Positions 11,138 to 22,640 of a DNA stretch of 64,000 nt are shown here, piece by piece. The notes below the pieces were generated by a model. It saw only the letters and a list, made by a program, of their open reading frames with translations. It was not told where the DNA came from and did not search any database. Origin of the DNA: Nitrospirales bacterium. GTDB lineage: Bacteria > Nitrospirota > Nitrospiria > Nitrospirales > UBA8639. Where the stretch lies: the NCBI GenBank assembly GCA_963422365.1, contig OY729426.1, positions 1,696,001 through 1,760,000 of the forward strand. The letters are read 5' to 3'. Both the position numbers and the translations under genes were made by a program. The first letter of the stretch is position 1, and each line of letters opens with the position of its first letter.

Positions 11138-12010
11138 TCATTGCCCGGTATCGGAGGATTCGAGGTCACTGAGAGCTTTGAACAGATCCAGGTATTTGAA
11201 TTGGTAGTTGAAATCAGACAGAATTTTTCTAGGTGAGAGTCGTTTCCCCACTTCGCGGGTGACGGTCGTCGGTGGGATAGGAATATGAAATTGCTCGGCG
11301 GCAAAGCGACAGATCTCCGACCAATATCGTGGTTGGCCGTCGCTCACAATATACGTTGACCCAGACGAGGCATATCGCAGTGCGAGTAGGCAAAGTTCCG
11401 CAACGTCTTCTACGTGGACCAGGTTGACGTATTTTTTTGAATTTTTGATTTTTCCCATCCGAATCCAATCGAACACGTGTCGCCCCGGTCCATAGAGCCC
11501 GGAAAGTCTCAGGGTCGTCGCACCAAGCGTCGTTCGTAAATATTCTTCGCTGGATACGCGGGGAATAGAGCGGTTAACCGGCACACGTTCGTCTACGATG
11601 TCGGGGAGGCCTGATGGAAAGGCTGACGTGCTGCCTAGGACGAACAAACGGCTTTTCTGGTCAATCAAGTGTTGCCCAAAGGCCCTGGCTGTGTCTTCGG
11701 GAAGAGCCGGAAAACACCAGATAATATCCGAACGCGCGGGAATATGAGACCACGTCTCGAGTTGCCGTAAATCAAAAAAGATGCGGTGGTCTGGTTGCGC
11801 AAACGAAAGATGGGCCGTGGGGCAACGACTCGTTGCAAAAACCAGCCGACCTTGCTGGAGAGCAGCGTGGTAGATGAATCGTCCGGTATACCCGGCACCG
11901 AGGATCACGAGAGGGGGGATGAGATGCGACCCATGAGGCACGCAAGCGGTTTCTTCACTAAAGGTGGTTGCCGCAATGGTCGGGGTGAGGCCTTGGCTGG
12001 CTTCAAGCAT
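11138..12010 (-). CDS. NAD(P)-dependent epimerase/dehydratase-like SDR
   Basis: ILGAGYTG, LRLSGLYGPGR, NLVHVEDVA. Confidence 0.8.
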   Translation of the reverse strand: MLEASQGLTPTIAATTFSEETACVPHGSHLIPPLVILGAGYTGRFIYHAALQQGRLVFATSRCPTAHLSFAQPDHRIFFDLRQLETWSHIPARSDIIWCFPALPEDTARAFGQHLIDQKSRLFVLGSTSAFPSGLPDIVDERVPVNRSIPRVSSEEYLRTTLGATTLRLSGLYGPGRHVFDWIRMGKIKNSKKYVNLVHVEDVAELCLLALRYASSGSTYIVSDGQPRYWSEICRFAAEQFHIPIPPTTVTREVGKRLSPRKILSDFNYQFKYLDLFKALSDLESSDTGQ

Positions 12011-12049
12011 GGTCGCGGAGTGCTTGGGTTGCTCGAATCATGAAAACGG

Positions 12050-12520
12050 TCAGCCTTTGCTTGCAATCGAAGCAACGACAAGAATCGTCAATGCTGTGAT
12101 CACGGTAACGTAAACGGTCACGCTTCGGTCATTCAACCAAGCGGTTTGCCAATCTTCCGGGTACAGGGCTTTTCCCACCAAATAGAGGCCCTCTTCGTAC
12201 AGTCCGAGCACTTGTTCAATTTTGATCAGGGTTTGCTTGGCAATGCGGTGGCGATCGCGTTGCTGCAAAATAAGGTAGACGAACAAGGCCGAGAACAGAG
12301 CGGTTCCGGTCATGGTAAAGACTTTGATGGTGAGATGAACCGGATAAGGAGGCGAGAGCGCGAGAATCGTGATGAGGAGCAGGACCAAAAATGCGCTGCC
12401 AAAGGCCGTCAGGCGCATCATTTGTTCCCGACGGCGGAACACCTCTTCCTTATACCAAGGGTAGAGAACCCGAAAGACTTCAATCTGTTCCTCGCTTAAC
12501 TTGACAGTGATCTCGGTCAT
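12050..12520 (-). CDS. Hypothetical membrane protein
   Basis: 156 aa with three hydrophobic segments; ATGA overlap with the upstream pseudogene stop. Confidence 0.65.
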   Translation of the reverse strand: MTEITVKLSEEQIEVFRVLYPWYKEEVFRRREQMMRLTAFGSAFLVLLLITILALSPPYPVHLTIKVFTMTGTALFSALFVYLILQQRDRHRIAKQTLIKIEQVLGLYEEGLYLVGKALYPEDWQTAWLNDRSVTVYVTVITALTILVVASIASKG

Positions 12521-13310
12521 GATCGGCTCTGAGTCAAGGGTGAAAGATGGGCCTGCATCCAGTTTGCCACATGAACGGTCCTATGACGAAAATCTTCGGG
12601 TCTTCCAAACTGGTGGTCAGCCTCGGGGAGAAGCACGAGTTTCTTGTTGCAGGGCAAGGCATTCTCCAATCGGTGGATTTGGCGGAGCGGGACCAATTCG
12701 TCTTGTTTGCATGGACGATCAGGACTGGTGTGCTGATTTTGCGAGCGGCTGCATAGGCATTCCATGCACGGCAACTCTCGTAAAATGAGAAATCCAAAAA
12801 CAGTGGTGCGGTCCCTCCCGTCACGTTGGGAATATAGTTGGTGCATTTCCATTCTTCAATTCCATTGAGCCCAAATTCCTGTTCCAGCATTTCCGGAAAA
12901 TCCGGAACGGGATATTTGAGGCCGATCGCATGCAGTTCAGGATGGGTTTTACTAACCAGGATGGTAATGAGACCGCCGAAACTCGATCCGATGAGCCAGA
13001 ATTTTTGATAGCCTTGTGCGTGCATCCGGGTTATGGCGTGTTCTCATTGGTCGCAACATTTCGAAACCGTGAGATAACTGAATCTCCCCTCGGATGTACC
13101 CATCCCAAACCAGCCGAATCGAAAGGTGCTGATACCCTTGGCGACCAAGAGTTGAGTCAGGCGGAGGTTGGTGCGACTCTCTTTATTTGAGAGAAATCCA
13201 TGGCAGAGGATGACGGCTTGCTCACTTTTATGAGTAGGCTCTGCGAGCATTGCCGAAACTGAGTTGTCTGCGTTGTCTTGAAAGGTGAGGGGGGGGTCTG
13301 AGCAAGCCAT
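12517..13310 (-). pseudogene. Alpha/beta hydrolase pseudogene (three fragments)
   Basis: ILCHGFLSNK, GSSFGG nucleophile elbow, PVLIVH / DELVP / ADHQF are distributed over ORFs 13044-13400, 12534-13025 and 12517-12852. Confidence 0.8.
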
Positions 13311-13406
13311 GGCTGAATCCTGGAGAATGTCGGGAAATTCCGTCAATTGGTACGAACTTTCTCTTGATGCGGTGGACTGCTCAGGTGCACGGCCATGCAA
13401 TTGTGC

Positions 13407-14195
13407 TTAGGAAAGAAAATAGAAATGGTTGGTTGGGCCTCGACCGTGACCGATTGCCAGACCATGACGAATCGCAGACGTGACATAATCTTTCGCCGTT
13501 TTGACTGCGGCAGGAAGGAGTTTTTCTAAAGCCAGGTGAGCGGCAAGGGCCGAGGCAAAAGTACACCCCGTTCCATGGGTGTGAGGCGTGTCGATCCATT
13601 CTCCCTTATACATGCGAAAAAACCGTCCGTCATACAAAAGATCGCTGGCGGGAGACTCCAATGAATGTCCGCCCTTGATCAGCACGTGTTGGCATCCAAA
13701 CCGGTGGAGTGCTTTAGCCGCCTCCCGGGCTTCGGCCAGCGACCGAATCGTCAGGCCTGTCAACCGTTCAGCTTCATGGATGTTGGGCGTGATGATGTAG
13801 GCTAAGGGAATGAGCGCGTGTTTTAACGCATCAATTGCATCGGCTTGTAACAGGTCCTGTCCACTTTTTGAAATCATAACGGGATCGACGACAACACAAG
13901 GCACGTGGTATTGCTGCAACTTTCGGCTTACGAGGGACGTGAGTGAGGCAGAGGACAGCATCCCCGTTTTGACTGCGGCCACGTCAAAATCAGCAAAAAT
14001 CGCGTCGATCTGCGCTTCGACGATGGATTCGGGAAGATCGTGAATGGCTGAGATTCCTGTGGTGTTTTGTGCGGTAATTGAGGTGATCACCGACATGGCA
14101 TAGGTGCCATTGGCAGACATGGCTTTCAGGTCCGCTTGGATTCCGGCTCCGCCACCTGAATCAGAACCGGCAATGGTCAGGACTTGTTTGAGCAT
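13407..14195 (-). CDS. thiD: Hydroxymethylpyrimidine/phosphomethylpyrimidine kinase
   Basis: [37 protein letters not shown]. Confidence 0.95.
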   Translation of the reverse strand: MLKQVLTIAGSDSGGGAGIQADLKAMSANGTYAMSVITSITAQNTTGISAIHDLPESIVEAQIDAIFADFDVAAVKTGMLSSASLTSLVSRKLQQYHVPCVVVDPVMISKSGQDLLQADAIDALKHALIPLAYIITPNIHEAERLTGLTIRSLAEAREAAKALHRFGCQHVLIKGGHSLESPASDLLYDGRFFRMYKGEWIDTPHTHGTGCTFASALAAHLALEKLLPAAVKTAKDYVTSAIRHGLAIGHGRGPTNHFYFLS

Positions 14196-14638
14196 GGTCT
14201 GGGGAAGAGAACAGAAGAGTGTAAGCCCCGTCGGCTTGTCCTTGCGTCACGTGTTTCGACTCTAGCATGGGTCTTGGGGGTGGTCAAATTCACAGAGAAG
14301 AAGGACCTTTAAAAGCAGATGGCTCAGAATGACGGAAGGGGGGTGTCATCCTGCACCACACATCCGTGTAGGGCGCGATCTTCTCGCGCCTTTTCTCGGC
14401 CGCATGAGATACGGCCCTACAGATTCTTCGACGCGCTCAGCATGATACATAAAAAACTCGGAATGACAAGCGGGCACACAGGATAGGTTTTTGTCAATGC
14501 CCCCTCTTAGCCGGACGAATAGACCAAGCGATGTCTTCATTGAATCATTCTTTCTTACGCTTCGTAATAGGTCAAAAATATAACAAAACCAGAGGAGAAA
14601 GGAGAAGGGGACGATGATCTCAACAACATCTTCCAGGC

Positions 14639-14667
14639 TTGACACTAACGGGGTTTGTTGTTACGTT
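14639..14667 (+). promoter_or_regulatory. Putative sigma70 promoter of glyQS
   Basis: TTGACA (14639-14644), 17-nt spacer, TGn-extended TACGTT (14662-14667), ~80 nt upstream of glyQ. Confidence 0.5.
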
Positions 14668-14746
14668 CCGGTCTTAAGACTTGTATAAATTTTTTTGCTG
14701 ATCAGGTCGAATTCGATGGCTACCAGGTCTGGCGGCAACTACTTCC

Positions 14747-15682
14747 GTGACCGTTCAGAATCTTATTCTCTCGCTTCATCAGTTCTGGGCAAATCAACAC
14801 TGTCTCATTTGCCAGCCGTATGATTTGGAAAAGGGTGCCGGTACCTTTAATCCAGCTACCTTTCTGCGTGCCTTAGGGCCTGAGCCGTGGCGGGCGGCGT
14901 ATGTCGAGCCGTGCCGTCGTCCCACTGACGGTCGGTACGGAGAAAACCCTAATCGGTTGCAACATTATTATCAGTACCAAGTGGTCATCAAGCCGTGCGT
15001 GGATACTATCCAGTCGTTGTATCTGGAGAGTCTTGCGATGCTGGGGATCGATCCTCGAAAACATGACGTTCGGTTTGTTCAAGATGATTGGGAATCTCCG
15101 ACGTTGGGAGCGTGGGGGCTTGGGTGGGAAGTTCGGCTTGATGGCATGGAAATTACCCAATTTACCTATTTTCAAGAAGCTGGCGGGCAAACCCTCGATC
15201 CGGTGACGGTGGAGCTCACCTATGGAACGGAGCGGATTGCCATGTATTTACAAGGAGTCGATAACGTGTACGATCTCCAGTGGTCGGAAGATGTCAGCTA
15301 TGGAGATTTATTCCACGATTCGGAAGTCCAATTCTCTCATTATCATTTCGAGTCCGCAGATATTGCCATGATTTATACGATGTTTACGGCCTGTGAGGAA
15401 GAAGGGCACACGTTGTTAAAGCAAGGGCTTGTGTTACCGGCCTACGATTATTGTATGAAAACCTCTCACTTGTTCAATGTTCTGGATGCGCGGGGTGCGC
15501 TGAGCGTGGCTGAACGAACAGGATATATCGGGCGCGTGCGTGGACTCGCGAGGGGATGTGCGGATGCGTATGTCGCAAGAAGAAAAAGCTTGGGGTTTCC
15601 GTTCCTGACTGAAGCCAAATCAGGGTCGGTCTCAAAAAATGCCGCATCTCCGAAACAAAAGCTGAAGCGTCTTCCGTCATAA
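14747..15682 (+). CDS. glyQ: Glycine--tRNA ligase alpha subunit
   Basis: [48 protein letters not shown]. Confidence 0.97.
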   Translation: MTVQNLILSLHQFWANQHCLICQPYDLEKGAGTFNPATFLRALGPEPWRAAYVEPCRRPTDGRYGENPNRLQHYYQYQVVIKPCVDTIQSLYLESLAMLGIDPRKHDVRFVQDDWESPTLGAWGLGWEVRLDGMEITQFTYFQEAGGQTLDPVTVELTYGTERIAMYLQGVDNVYDLQWSEDVSYGDLFHDSEVQFSHYHFESADIAMIYTMFTACEEEGHTLLKQGLVLPAYDYCMKTSHLFNVLDARGALSVAERTGYIGRVRGLARGCADAYVARRKSLGFPFLTEAKSGSVSKNAASPKQKLKRLPS

Positions 15683-15700
15683 TTCTCCATAGCCTGCCAT

Positions 15701-17923
15701 ATGCAATCCCGACGGTCGACTCCAACCCAAGTCCCCACGAAAAACCCCAAACGAGATCGTCTTCCCACATCGTCCTTTCTGGTGGAAATCGGATCCGAAG
15801 AGTTGCCATGGCAGATGATTCAACCAGCCATGACGCAACTCGCTCAATTGCTGGAAGGCTTTCTGGCGAATCAACGCCTCTCCCATGACCATATCCGGAC
15901 TTTTGGAACCCCTCGTCGTCTCGCGGTACTCGTTCAGGGATTGGCCACAAAGCAAACGTCGGTCCTGCAAGAAACGCTGGGTCCCTCCAAAGCTGTAGCG
16001 TTTGATGCTCAGGGGCACCCAACCAAAGCCGCAGCGGGTTTTGCAAAATCTCAAGGTGTGGATGTCAAAAAATTGGAGACTCGGGAAACGTCCAAAGGGA
16101 TTTACCTCTGCGCAGTCAAACGGGAGAAAGGGTTGCCGGCGGCTAAGGTGTTCACCAATCATCTCTCCAGTCTTCTTCAACAACTCACCTTTTCGAAAAC
16201 CATGAGATGGAATGCTTCGGGAGTCCGATATCCACGGCCTATCCGGTGGTTGGTCGCGCTGGTAGGCACCAAGGCTGTGTCCATCGAATTCGCCGGGGTG
16301 CGGTCGGGGTCCCGTTCATGGGGGCATCGGTTCTTATCAGGTGGGAAGACCGTCGATGCGGCAAGCAAGGGGATCGAAATCCAACGGCCGGAAGTGTATG
16401 AAGCGGCATTGGAACGCGCGGGAGTGGTGGTTGATCCGGTCCGGCGTCGGGCAGTGCTTCGTCGACAACTCGAACACTTTGCCCGTTCGGTCAAAGGACA
16501 GGTGTATCAGGCCAATCAGGAAGAACTTCTCGACCAAGCGGTTTTTTCGTTGGAATGTCCCAATATTCTTAGTGGGACATTTGATCGAAACTACCTGGCA
16601 TTGCCCCCGGAAGTGCTGATTACCTCTATGAAAGAGCATCAAGGGTTTTTCTCGGTCGTCAATCGGAAACAGGAATTACTTCCTCGGTTTTTCGCTCCTA
16701 CCAACACAAACGTGAAAAATATGGAGTTGATTGCAATCGGCAATGAGCGAGTCTTGGCCGCTCGTCTGGCGGACGCCCGATATTTTTTTCATGAGGATCG
16801 CAAGGGGAAACTGGCCGAGCGCGTGCCTCAACTGAATGGCGTGGTGTTTCATAAACAACTGGGCTCCCTGTATCAAAAAACAGAACGGACGATTTCCCTG
16901 ATCGGAGCCCTTGCGGATGCCGTCGGGGTCCCGGAGGTGAAGGCGTCGTGTCAGCGAGCGGCTCTCTTAAGCAAGGTTGATTTGGTGACGGGGATGGTTG
17001 GGGAGTTTCCGACGCTCCAAGGTGTGATGGGAGAAAAGTATGCAGCACATGACGGTGAACCCATCGAAGTGTGCCAAGCCCTAGGGGAATACTATCAGCC
17101 GCGAACACCGGATGAGAACATCCCCGAGACAACGGTGGGCAGGTTGCTGGCGCTGACCGATCGGTTGGATACCCTGTCGGCGTTTTTCTATGCAGGGCTT
17201 GTTCCTTCCGGCTCGGAAGATCCCTATAGCCTTCGCCGAAGTGCGTTTGGCGTGATTCGAATTGTGATCGAAGCAGGGTTGAAGATAAACCTAGGAGTAA
17301 TCTTGCATCAGGCAGAACACCTGCTTGATGCGCAGGGTGTCAACGCTGCTCCGCCGACACAAAGTCGGGATACAGAAGGGACCCTCATCATCCTGTGGCC
17401 CTTGCTTAAGTTTTTGGAGGATCGGCTTCGATATTATGGCCGCACCGTGCCTGGATATCGTGAAGACGTGATGGAGAGTGTCTTAGGACGTCCCAATGGT
17501 GCCGACTGTGATATCCGCGATTTGTTTTTGCGCATGGAAGCGTTGCAAGCGATCATGAGTCAGCAAGACTTTGAATGGTTAACAATCGGATTTAAGCGAG
17601 TACACAGAATCGTCGAAAAAGAAGCATGGACGAACAGAACCATTAAGGTCGAGCTTTGGACCCACCCAACAGAGCGGACGTTATATCAGGCCGTGGAAAC
17701 AGCCAAACGTGCGGTTGGGCAATCGCTTGAAGCCCGTGATTATCACGGAGCCCTGAGACAACTCATCGAGTTGAAAGGCCCCATCGACCAATTTTTTGAG
17801 GGTGTCTTGGTGAATGCCCCGGACCCTGAGGTCAGAGCGAATCGGTTGTCGTTATTGTGTCAAGTCGATGATTTGTTCTCAGCCTTCGGAGATTTGTCCC
17901 AAATCCACGTTCAAGGCCAGTAA
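15701..17923 (+). CDS. glyS: Glycine--tRNA ligase beta subunit
   Basis: FLVEIGSEELP, TPRRLA, RPIRWLVAL, GNERVLAARLADA, GSEDPYSLRR. Confidence 0.96.
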   Translation: MQSRRSTPTQVPTKNPKRDRLPTSSFLVEIGSEELPWQMIQPAMTQLAQLLEGFLANQRLSHDHIRTFGTPRRLAVLVQGLATKQTSVLQETLGPSKAVAFDAQGHPTKAAAGFAKSQGVDVKKLETRETSKGIYLCAVKREKGLPAAKVFTNHLSSLLQQLTFSKTMRWNASGVRYPRPIRWLVALVGTKAVSIEFAGVRSGSRSWGHRFLSGGKTVDAASKGIEIQRPEVYEAALERAGVVVDPVRRRAVLRRQLEHFARSVKGQVYQANQEELLDQAVFSLECPNILSGTFDRNYLALPPEVLITSMKEHQGFFSVVNRKQELLPRFFAPTNTNVKNMELIAIGNERVLAARLADARYFFHEDRKGKLAERVPQLNGVVFHKQLGSLYQKTERTISLIGALADAVGVPEVKASCQRAALLSKVDLVTGMVGEFPTLQGVMGEKYAAHDGEPIEVCQALGEYYQPRTPDENIPETTVGRLLALTDRLDTLSAFFYAGLVPSGSEDPYSLRRSAFGVIRIVIEAGLKINLGVILHQAEHLLDAQGVNAAPPTQSRDTEGTLIILWPLLKFLEDRLRYYGRTVPGYREDVMESVLGRPNGADCDIRDLFLRMEALQAIMSQQDFEWLTIGFKRVHRIVEKEAWTNRTIKVELWTHPTERTLYQAVETAKRAVGQSLEARDYHGALRQLIELKGPIDQFFEGVLVNAPDPEVRANRLSLLCQVDDLFSAFGDLSQIHVQGQ

Positions 17924-17963
17924 AGGAGTCGTCCCCATTATTGGGCCTGAGCTGTGAGAGCCC

Positions 17964-18416
17964 ATGATTGTTTCCGAGTCCGGATTCCGGTGGTTTCGTG
18001 GGGGGATTACGTTGAGCTTGATCGTCGTCTGTAACGTGGTTCTTTTGGGAGCCTTATGGGTCACCGATCTGGATTTGGATTTTATCTTGACCAACTCCGA
18101 TCTCTATGACCCGAAATTGAGCCATTGTCTCCGGGTGGCCTGGGCCGAGGTGTCTGGGGTCGAGAGGCCGCTTCAGGTATGTTCGGAATGGTTGGATACA
18201 ACTGACCCCACAGGGCAGGTCCATTCATTACGGGAAGGAGAGCCGTTGGCCATGAGCGTCGATGGGAATCTGTATTATGAGAACGCCAGAAATGCCGACC
18301 ATTGGGTGTTGGGGCTGTTGATCTTTACCGGTGTGGTCATCTATCTGGGTATGTGGACCAAACGCGTGCTTTTGACTTGGTATGAGATGCATCTTCGAAA
18401 AAATGAGTCGTCATAA
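17964..18416 (+). CDS. Hypothetical membrane protein (2 TM)
   Basis: 150-aa ORF co-oriented after glyS with two hydrophobic segments. Confidence 0.6.
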   Translation: MIVSESGFRWFRGGITLSLIVVCNVVLLGALWVTDLDLDFILTNSDLYDPKLSHCLRVAWAEVSGVERPLQVCSEWLDTTDPTGQVHSLREGEPLAMSVDGNLYYENARNADHWVLGLLIFTGVVIYLGMWTKRVLLTWYEMHLRKNESS

Positions 18417-18636
18417 TACACCTGCGTTTGAACCCGTTCGGCAGAAGCCTGAAAAAGGGTCTACAACCAGTTCAGCAAGGACTCCTGATCGGTTTTTCAA
18501 ACACTCACGGCCTGCGTTGAATAAATTTTTGTGGGGCATCAAATAGTTGTGGTAAATTGCCACCTCGGGCGCCAACCTGCAGCAACGAAGGGTCTGGTTG
18601 GGTCGCCTTGCGTCGGTCAACGGGGGGAACCCATAC

Positions 18637-21486
18637 ATGCGTAACAAGAAGTACGTTTATTCTTTTGGAGACGGCAAAGCCGAAGGCAAAGGCGCTATGA
18701 AAGCACTGCTCGGCGGGAAAGGCGCTGGTCTGGTGGAAATGACCAATTTGAAAATTTCCGTTCCTCCGGGATTTACCATCACGACAGAGGCCTGCCTTGA
18801 ATATTTCAGATTTGGGAAGAAGTATCCTGACGGCATGTGGGAACAGACTCTGAAAGGGTTGAAGCGGGTAGAGGGATTGATGAAGACGGGGTTTGGGAAC
18901 CCCAAAAACCCGTTGTTGGTATCCGTGCGGTCCGGGGCACGAGCGTCCATGCCCGGCATGATGGATACGGTCTTGAACCTCGGCTTGAACTCGGAAACCG
19001 TCAAAGGGTTAGCTGAAAAAACGAAGAATGTACGCTTTGCCATGGATTCCTATCGTCGTTTTATCACGATGTTCGGCTCTGTGGTGATGAATATACCACG
19101 AGAAAAATTTGAAGGTGTATTAGAAAATACAAAAAAGCAAGTTGGGGTTGCAACCGATATGGCCCTCTCCGCGAAAACCCTCAGTGAGTTGGTCTCCACG
19201 TATCAAAACATTGTGAGGCAAGAAACCGGCCAAGCGTTTCCTGAGGATCCGTTCGAGCAACTCAAGATGGCGATTCAGGCGGTCTTTGCGTCCTGGTTTG
19301 GTGACAGGGCAGTGGCCTATCGAAAGATTTACGGCCTTTCGGATACGTGGGGAACCGCCGTCAATGTCGTGGCCATGGTGTTTGGAAACATGGGTGAGAC
19401 CAGTGGAACCGGCGTCGTGTTTTCTCGAGATCCGTCCACGGGAGAGCGAGCAATTTGGGGGGAATGTTTATTGAATGCCCAGGGCGAAGATGTCGTGGCG
19501 GGTCTTCGAACGCCCCTTTCAGTCTCTGCCCTGAAGGACACCTTGCCCATTGCCTATAAATCCCTCATGAACACTCAAAAAATTTTGGAGAAACATTATC
19601 GTGACATGCAGGATATGGAGTTTACGATTCAAGAAGGCAAGCTCTATATGTTACAAACGCGGATTGGCAAGAGAACGGGGATTGCCGCGGTTCGGATTGC
19701 CGTTGATATGGTCAAAGAAAGGCTGATTGATAAACAAGAAGCCGTGCGTCGGGTTGAACCGGAGCAGTTGGCTCAGTATCTGTATCCTATTTTTGAAGAA
19801 ACAGAAGAAAAGAAATTTCAACCGATTGGAAAAGGGCTGCCGGCTGGACCGGGCGCCGCCTGCGGGAAAATTGCCTTAACGCCGGATCGTGCCGTGGCAC
19901 TCAAGGCGCGGGGAGAAAAAGCCGTGCTTGTTCGGAAAGAAACCAGCCCTGACGATATTCATGGCATGCACGCCTCGGAAGGTTTCTTAACCGCCACGGG
20001 GGGCATGACCTCCCATGCTGCGGTGGTGGCACGACAAATGGGAAAAGTCTGTGTCGCCGGTTGCGAAGATATCGAAGTTTTTGATGATGAAGCCAAGGTA
20101 CGGATTGGCCCTTCGGTCTTTAAAGAAGGTGATGATATTTCCATTAATGGATTCTCCGGCTTGATCTATGGTGGGATGTTATCCGTGGTCGATTCGGAAG
20201 TGATTCAGGTGATCCAAGGCAAACATTCGGCTGCTCAATCCCAAAAATCGCGCTATTTTTTCACTATCTTGAAATGGGCGGATGAGATACGGCGTCTCAA
20301 CATTCGGGCTAATGCCGATGACCCGGATCAAGCCAAAATCGCTCGGGGGTTTGGCGCGGAAGGCATCGGTCTCTGTCGAACGGAGCATATGTTCTTTGCG
20401 GAAGACCGGGCGCCGATCATGCAAGCGATGATCCTGGCCGCGAACCGGCAAGAACGAGAGCGCTATCTCGATCAATTGCTTCCCCTCCAGAAACAGGATT
20501 TCATGGGCCTGTATCGGGAGATGAAAGGGTACCCGGTCACTATTCGGTTGCTCGATCCCCCCTTACATGAGTTCTTGCCGAAACGGGAACAGCTCATGGT
20601 GGATATTGCGCGTGCCGAGGCCACAGGGGATCGGTCGGCTCACGTTGAAGAAAAACGAAAAATGTTGGCAAGAGTCGAAGAACTCCATGAATTCAATCCG
20701 ATGCTCGGTCTTCGAGGGTGCCGGTTAGGGATTACCATGCCGGAAATTACTCGGATGCAAGTTCGGGCTATCATGGAAGCGGCGTGTGAGGTGGCCAAAG
20801 AAGGGAAAAAGATCGTGCCGGAAATCATGATCCCCCTGGTGGGCATGTCATCGGAAATGAAAGCGCAAAAAGCCATCATCAAAGAGGTTGCCGAGAAAAC
20901 CATGCAATGCTGCGGAAAAACCTTGACCTATTTCGTCGGAACCATGATTGAGTTGCCTCGAGCTGCGGTCACGGCAGGGCAGATTGCCGAAGATGCCGAG
21001 TTCTTTTCTTTTGGCACGAATGACCTGACCCAAACCACGTATGGATTTTCCAGGGACGATGCAGCCAAGTTTACAGGCTTTTACCGCGACAACGATCTGT
21101 TGGAATTTGATCCTTTTGCCGTGCTTGATCGAGAAGGGGTGGGCTCGGTCATGCGGTTGGCTGTGCGTGAAGGGCGAGCGACTCGTCCTGATATCAAACT
21201 CGGGATATGCGGGGAACATGGTGGGGAACCCAGTTCCGTTGAATTTTGCCATCAGCTTGGGCTCAACTACGTGAGTTGTTCGCCATATCGAGTGGCCATT
21301 GCCAGGTTGTCCGCGGCGCAAGCCGTGTTGAATGCCGCAGGGCAAAAGCGGGCAACGACGCCAAAGAAACCGGCGGTGAAGGCTTCGGCAAAAACCAAAA
21401 CGCCCGGCCGCCGCGCGCCTGCCACGCGCTCGCTGTCCAAGCCGAAAGCAAAAGCGCGGCCGGGAATCACGCAAACTCGCCGGTGA
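18637..21486 (+). CDS. ppdK: Pyruvate, phosphate dikinase
   Basis: LLGGKGAGL, PLLVSVRSGA..SMPGMMDT, GGMTSHAAVVAR, GLCRTEHMF, FSFGTNDLTQ. Confidence 0.97.
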   Translation: MRNKKYVYSFGDGKAEGKGAMKALLGGKGAGLVEMTNLKISVPPGFTITTEACLEYFRFGKKYPDGMWEQTLKGLKRVEGLMKTGFGNPKNPLLVSVRSGARASMPGMMDTVLNLGLNSETVKGLAEKTKNVRFAMDSYRRFITMFGSVVMNIPREKFEGVLENTKKQVGVATDMALSAKTLSELVSTYQNIVRQETGQAFPEDPFEQLKMAIQAVFASWFGDRAVAYRKIYGLSDTWGTAVNVVAMVFGNMGETSGTGVVFSRDPSTGERAIWGECLLNAQGEDVVAGLRTPLSVSALKDTLPIAYKSLMNTQKILEKHYRDMQDMEFTIQEGKLYMLQTRIGKRTGIAAVRIAVDMVKERLIDKQEAVRRVEPEQLAQYLYPIFEETEEKKFQPIGKGLPAGPGAACGKIALTPDRAVALKARGEKAVLVRKETSPDDIHGMHASEGFLTATGGMTSHAAVVARQMGKVCVAGCEDIEVFDDEAKVRIGPSVFKEGDDISINGFSGLIYGGMLSVVDSEVIQVIQGKHSAAQSQKSRYFFTILKWADEIRRLNIRANADDPDQAKIARGFGAEGIGLCRTEHMFFAEDRAPIMQAMILAANRQERERYLDQLLPLQKQDFMGLYREMKGYPVTIRLLDPPLHEFLPKREQLMVDIARAEATGDRSAHVEEKRKMLARVEELHEFNPMLGLRGCRLGITMPEITRMQVRAIMEAACEVAKEGKKIVPEIMIPLVGMSSEMKAQKAIIKEVAEKTMQCCGKTLTYFVGTMIELPRAAVTAGQIAEDAEFFSFGTNDLTQTTYGFSRDDAAKFTGFYRDNDLLEFDPFAVLDREGVGSVMRLAVREGRATRPDIKLGICGEHGGEPSSVEFCHQLGLNYVSCSPYRVAIARLSAAQAVLNAAGQKRATTPKKPAVKASAKTKTPGRRAPATRSLSKPKAKARPGITQTRR

Positions 21487-22601
21487 GTGACGTCGATCGG
21501 GACGTCCGCTTCATGAAACAGGCCCTCAGGCTGGCGGCTCGAGGGAGAGGAACGACTCGCCCGAATCCCATGGTCGGCGCTGTGGTTGTAGCCAAAGGGA
21601 CCGTCGTGGGTTCCGGGTATCACCAACGAGCCGGCAATCCGCACGCCGAAATCATCGCGCTGCAACGGGCCCAATCCCGTTCTCGTCAGGCGACGCTCTA
21701 CAGCACGCTCGAACCGTGTTGCCATACGGACAAACGCACGCCGCCCTGCGTACCTGCTATCATCGCGTCAGGAGTGCGCCGTGTGGTTGTGGCGATGCCG
21801 GATCCGAATGCCCAAGTGGCTGGGCGGGGCATTCGGCAACTCAGACGAGCCGGGATTACGGTCCACGTCGGTTGCCTCAACCACGAGGCCGCCAAACTCA
21901 ATGAAGGGTATCTCCACTGGGTCACAACCAGCCGACCGTTCGTCATCCTCAAAGCCGCGATGACGTTGGACGGAAAAATCGCCACGGCTTCCGGAGAATC
22001 ACAGTGGATCACGGGTGCCCAAGCACGAGAACACGTCCATCAACTGAGGAGCCAAGTGGAGGCCCTTGCCGTGGGCGCCACGACCGTGTGCAAAGATGAC
22101 CCGCAATTAACCGTCCGGCTTTCTAAGAAACACGGGACGATTTCCTGTCATCCGATCCGGACGATCTTCGACAGCCGTCTTCGGAGTCCCCTGACGTCAC
22201 GTGTTTTTCAACGAGTGACGCAGTTCCCCACGATTGTGGCGACCACAACAATGGCCGATCAGAGAAAAATTGAACAATTGCGGACGATGGGTGTGCAGAT
22301 ATTGGTCCTTCCTCAAAAAAGAACCCGCGTTTCCCTGCGCCGCTGTCTTCGCAAACTCGGAAACATGGGGATCACCAGTTTGTTGGTGGAAGGCGGGAGC
22401 GAGCTGTATGCCGATTTTTTACGTGAGAGGTTGGTGAATCGACTGTATCTGTACGTGGCTCCGGTTCTCCTCGGAGGACAAAATGCACAGAGCTTGATCG
22501 GTGGCCTCTCACCCAAACGTCTGGCCGATAAAGTGGGAGTGTCCAATCTTCATCTTCGATCCCTTGGCGAGGACCTGTTGATGACGGGAGACTTGGGTTA
22601 A
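21483..22601 (+). CDS. ribD: Bifunctional riboflavin biosynthesis deaminase/reductase
   Basis: PNPMVGAV, HAE, TLEPCCH...PPC, KAAMTLDGKIA..GESQWIT, LLVEGG; GTG start overlaps the ppdK stop. Confidence 0.95.
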   Translation: MSDVDRDVRFMKQALRLAARGRGTTRPNPMVGAVVVAKGTVVGSGYHQRAGNPHAEIIALQRAQSRSRQATLYSTLEPCCHTDKRTPPCVPAIIASGVRRVVVAMPDPNAQVAGRGIRQLRRAGITVHVGCLNHEAAKLNEGYLHWVTTSRPFVILKAAMTLDGKIATASGESQWITGAQAREHVHQLRSQVEALAVGATTVCKDDPQLTVRLSKKHGTISCHPIRTIFDSRLRSPLTSRVFQRVTQFPTIVATTTMADQRKIEQLRTMGVQILVLPQKRTRVSLRRCLRKLGNMGITSLLVEGGSELYADFLRERLVNRLYLYVAPVLLGGQNAQSLIGGLSPKRLADKVGVSNLHLRSLGEDLLMTGDLG

Positions 22602-22608
22602 CAATGTT

Positions 22609-22640
22609 CCCTCTCCCTCTGGGAGAGGGCGGGGTGAGGG
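22609..22640. repeat. Short palindromic REP-like element
   Basis: CCCTCTCCCTCTGGGAGAGGGCGGGGTGAGGG hairpin right after the ribD stop; degenerate copy near 22752-22780. Confidence 0.55.

Noticed and set aside
21246..21482. N-terminal extension of the ribD ORF
   Set aside because: Overlaps ppdK; RibD similarity begins at about GTG 21483
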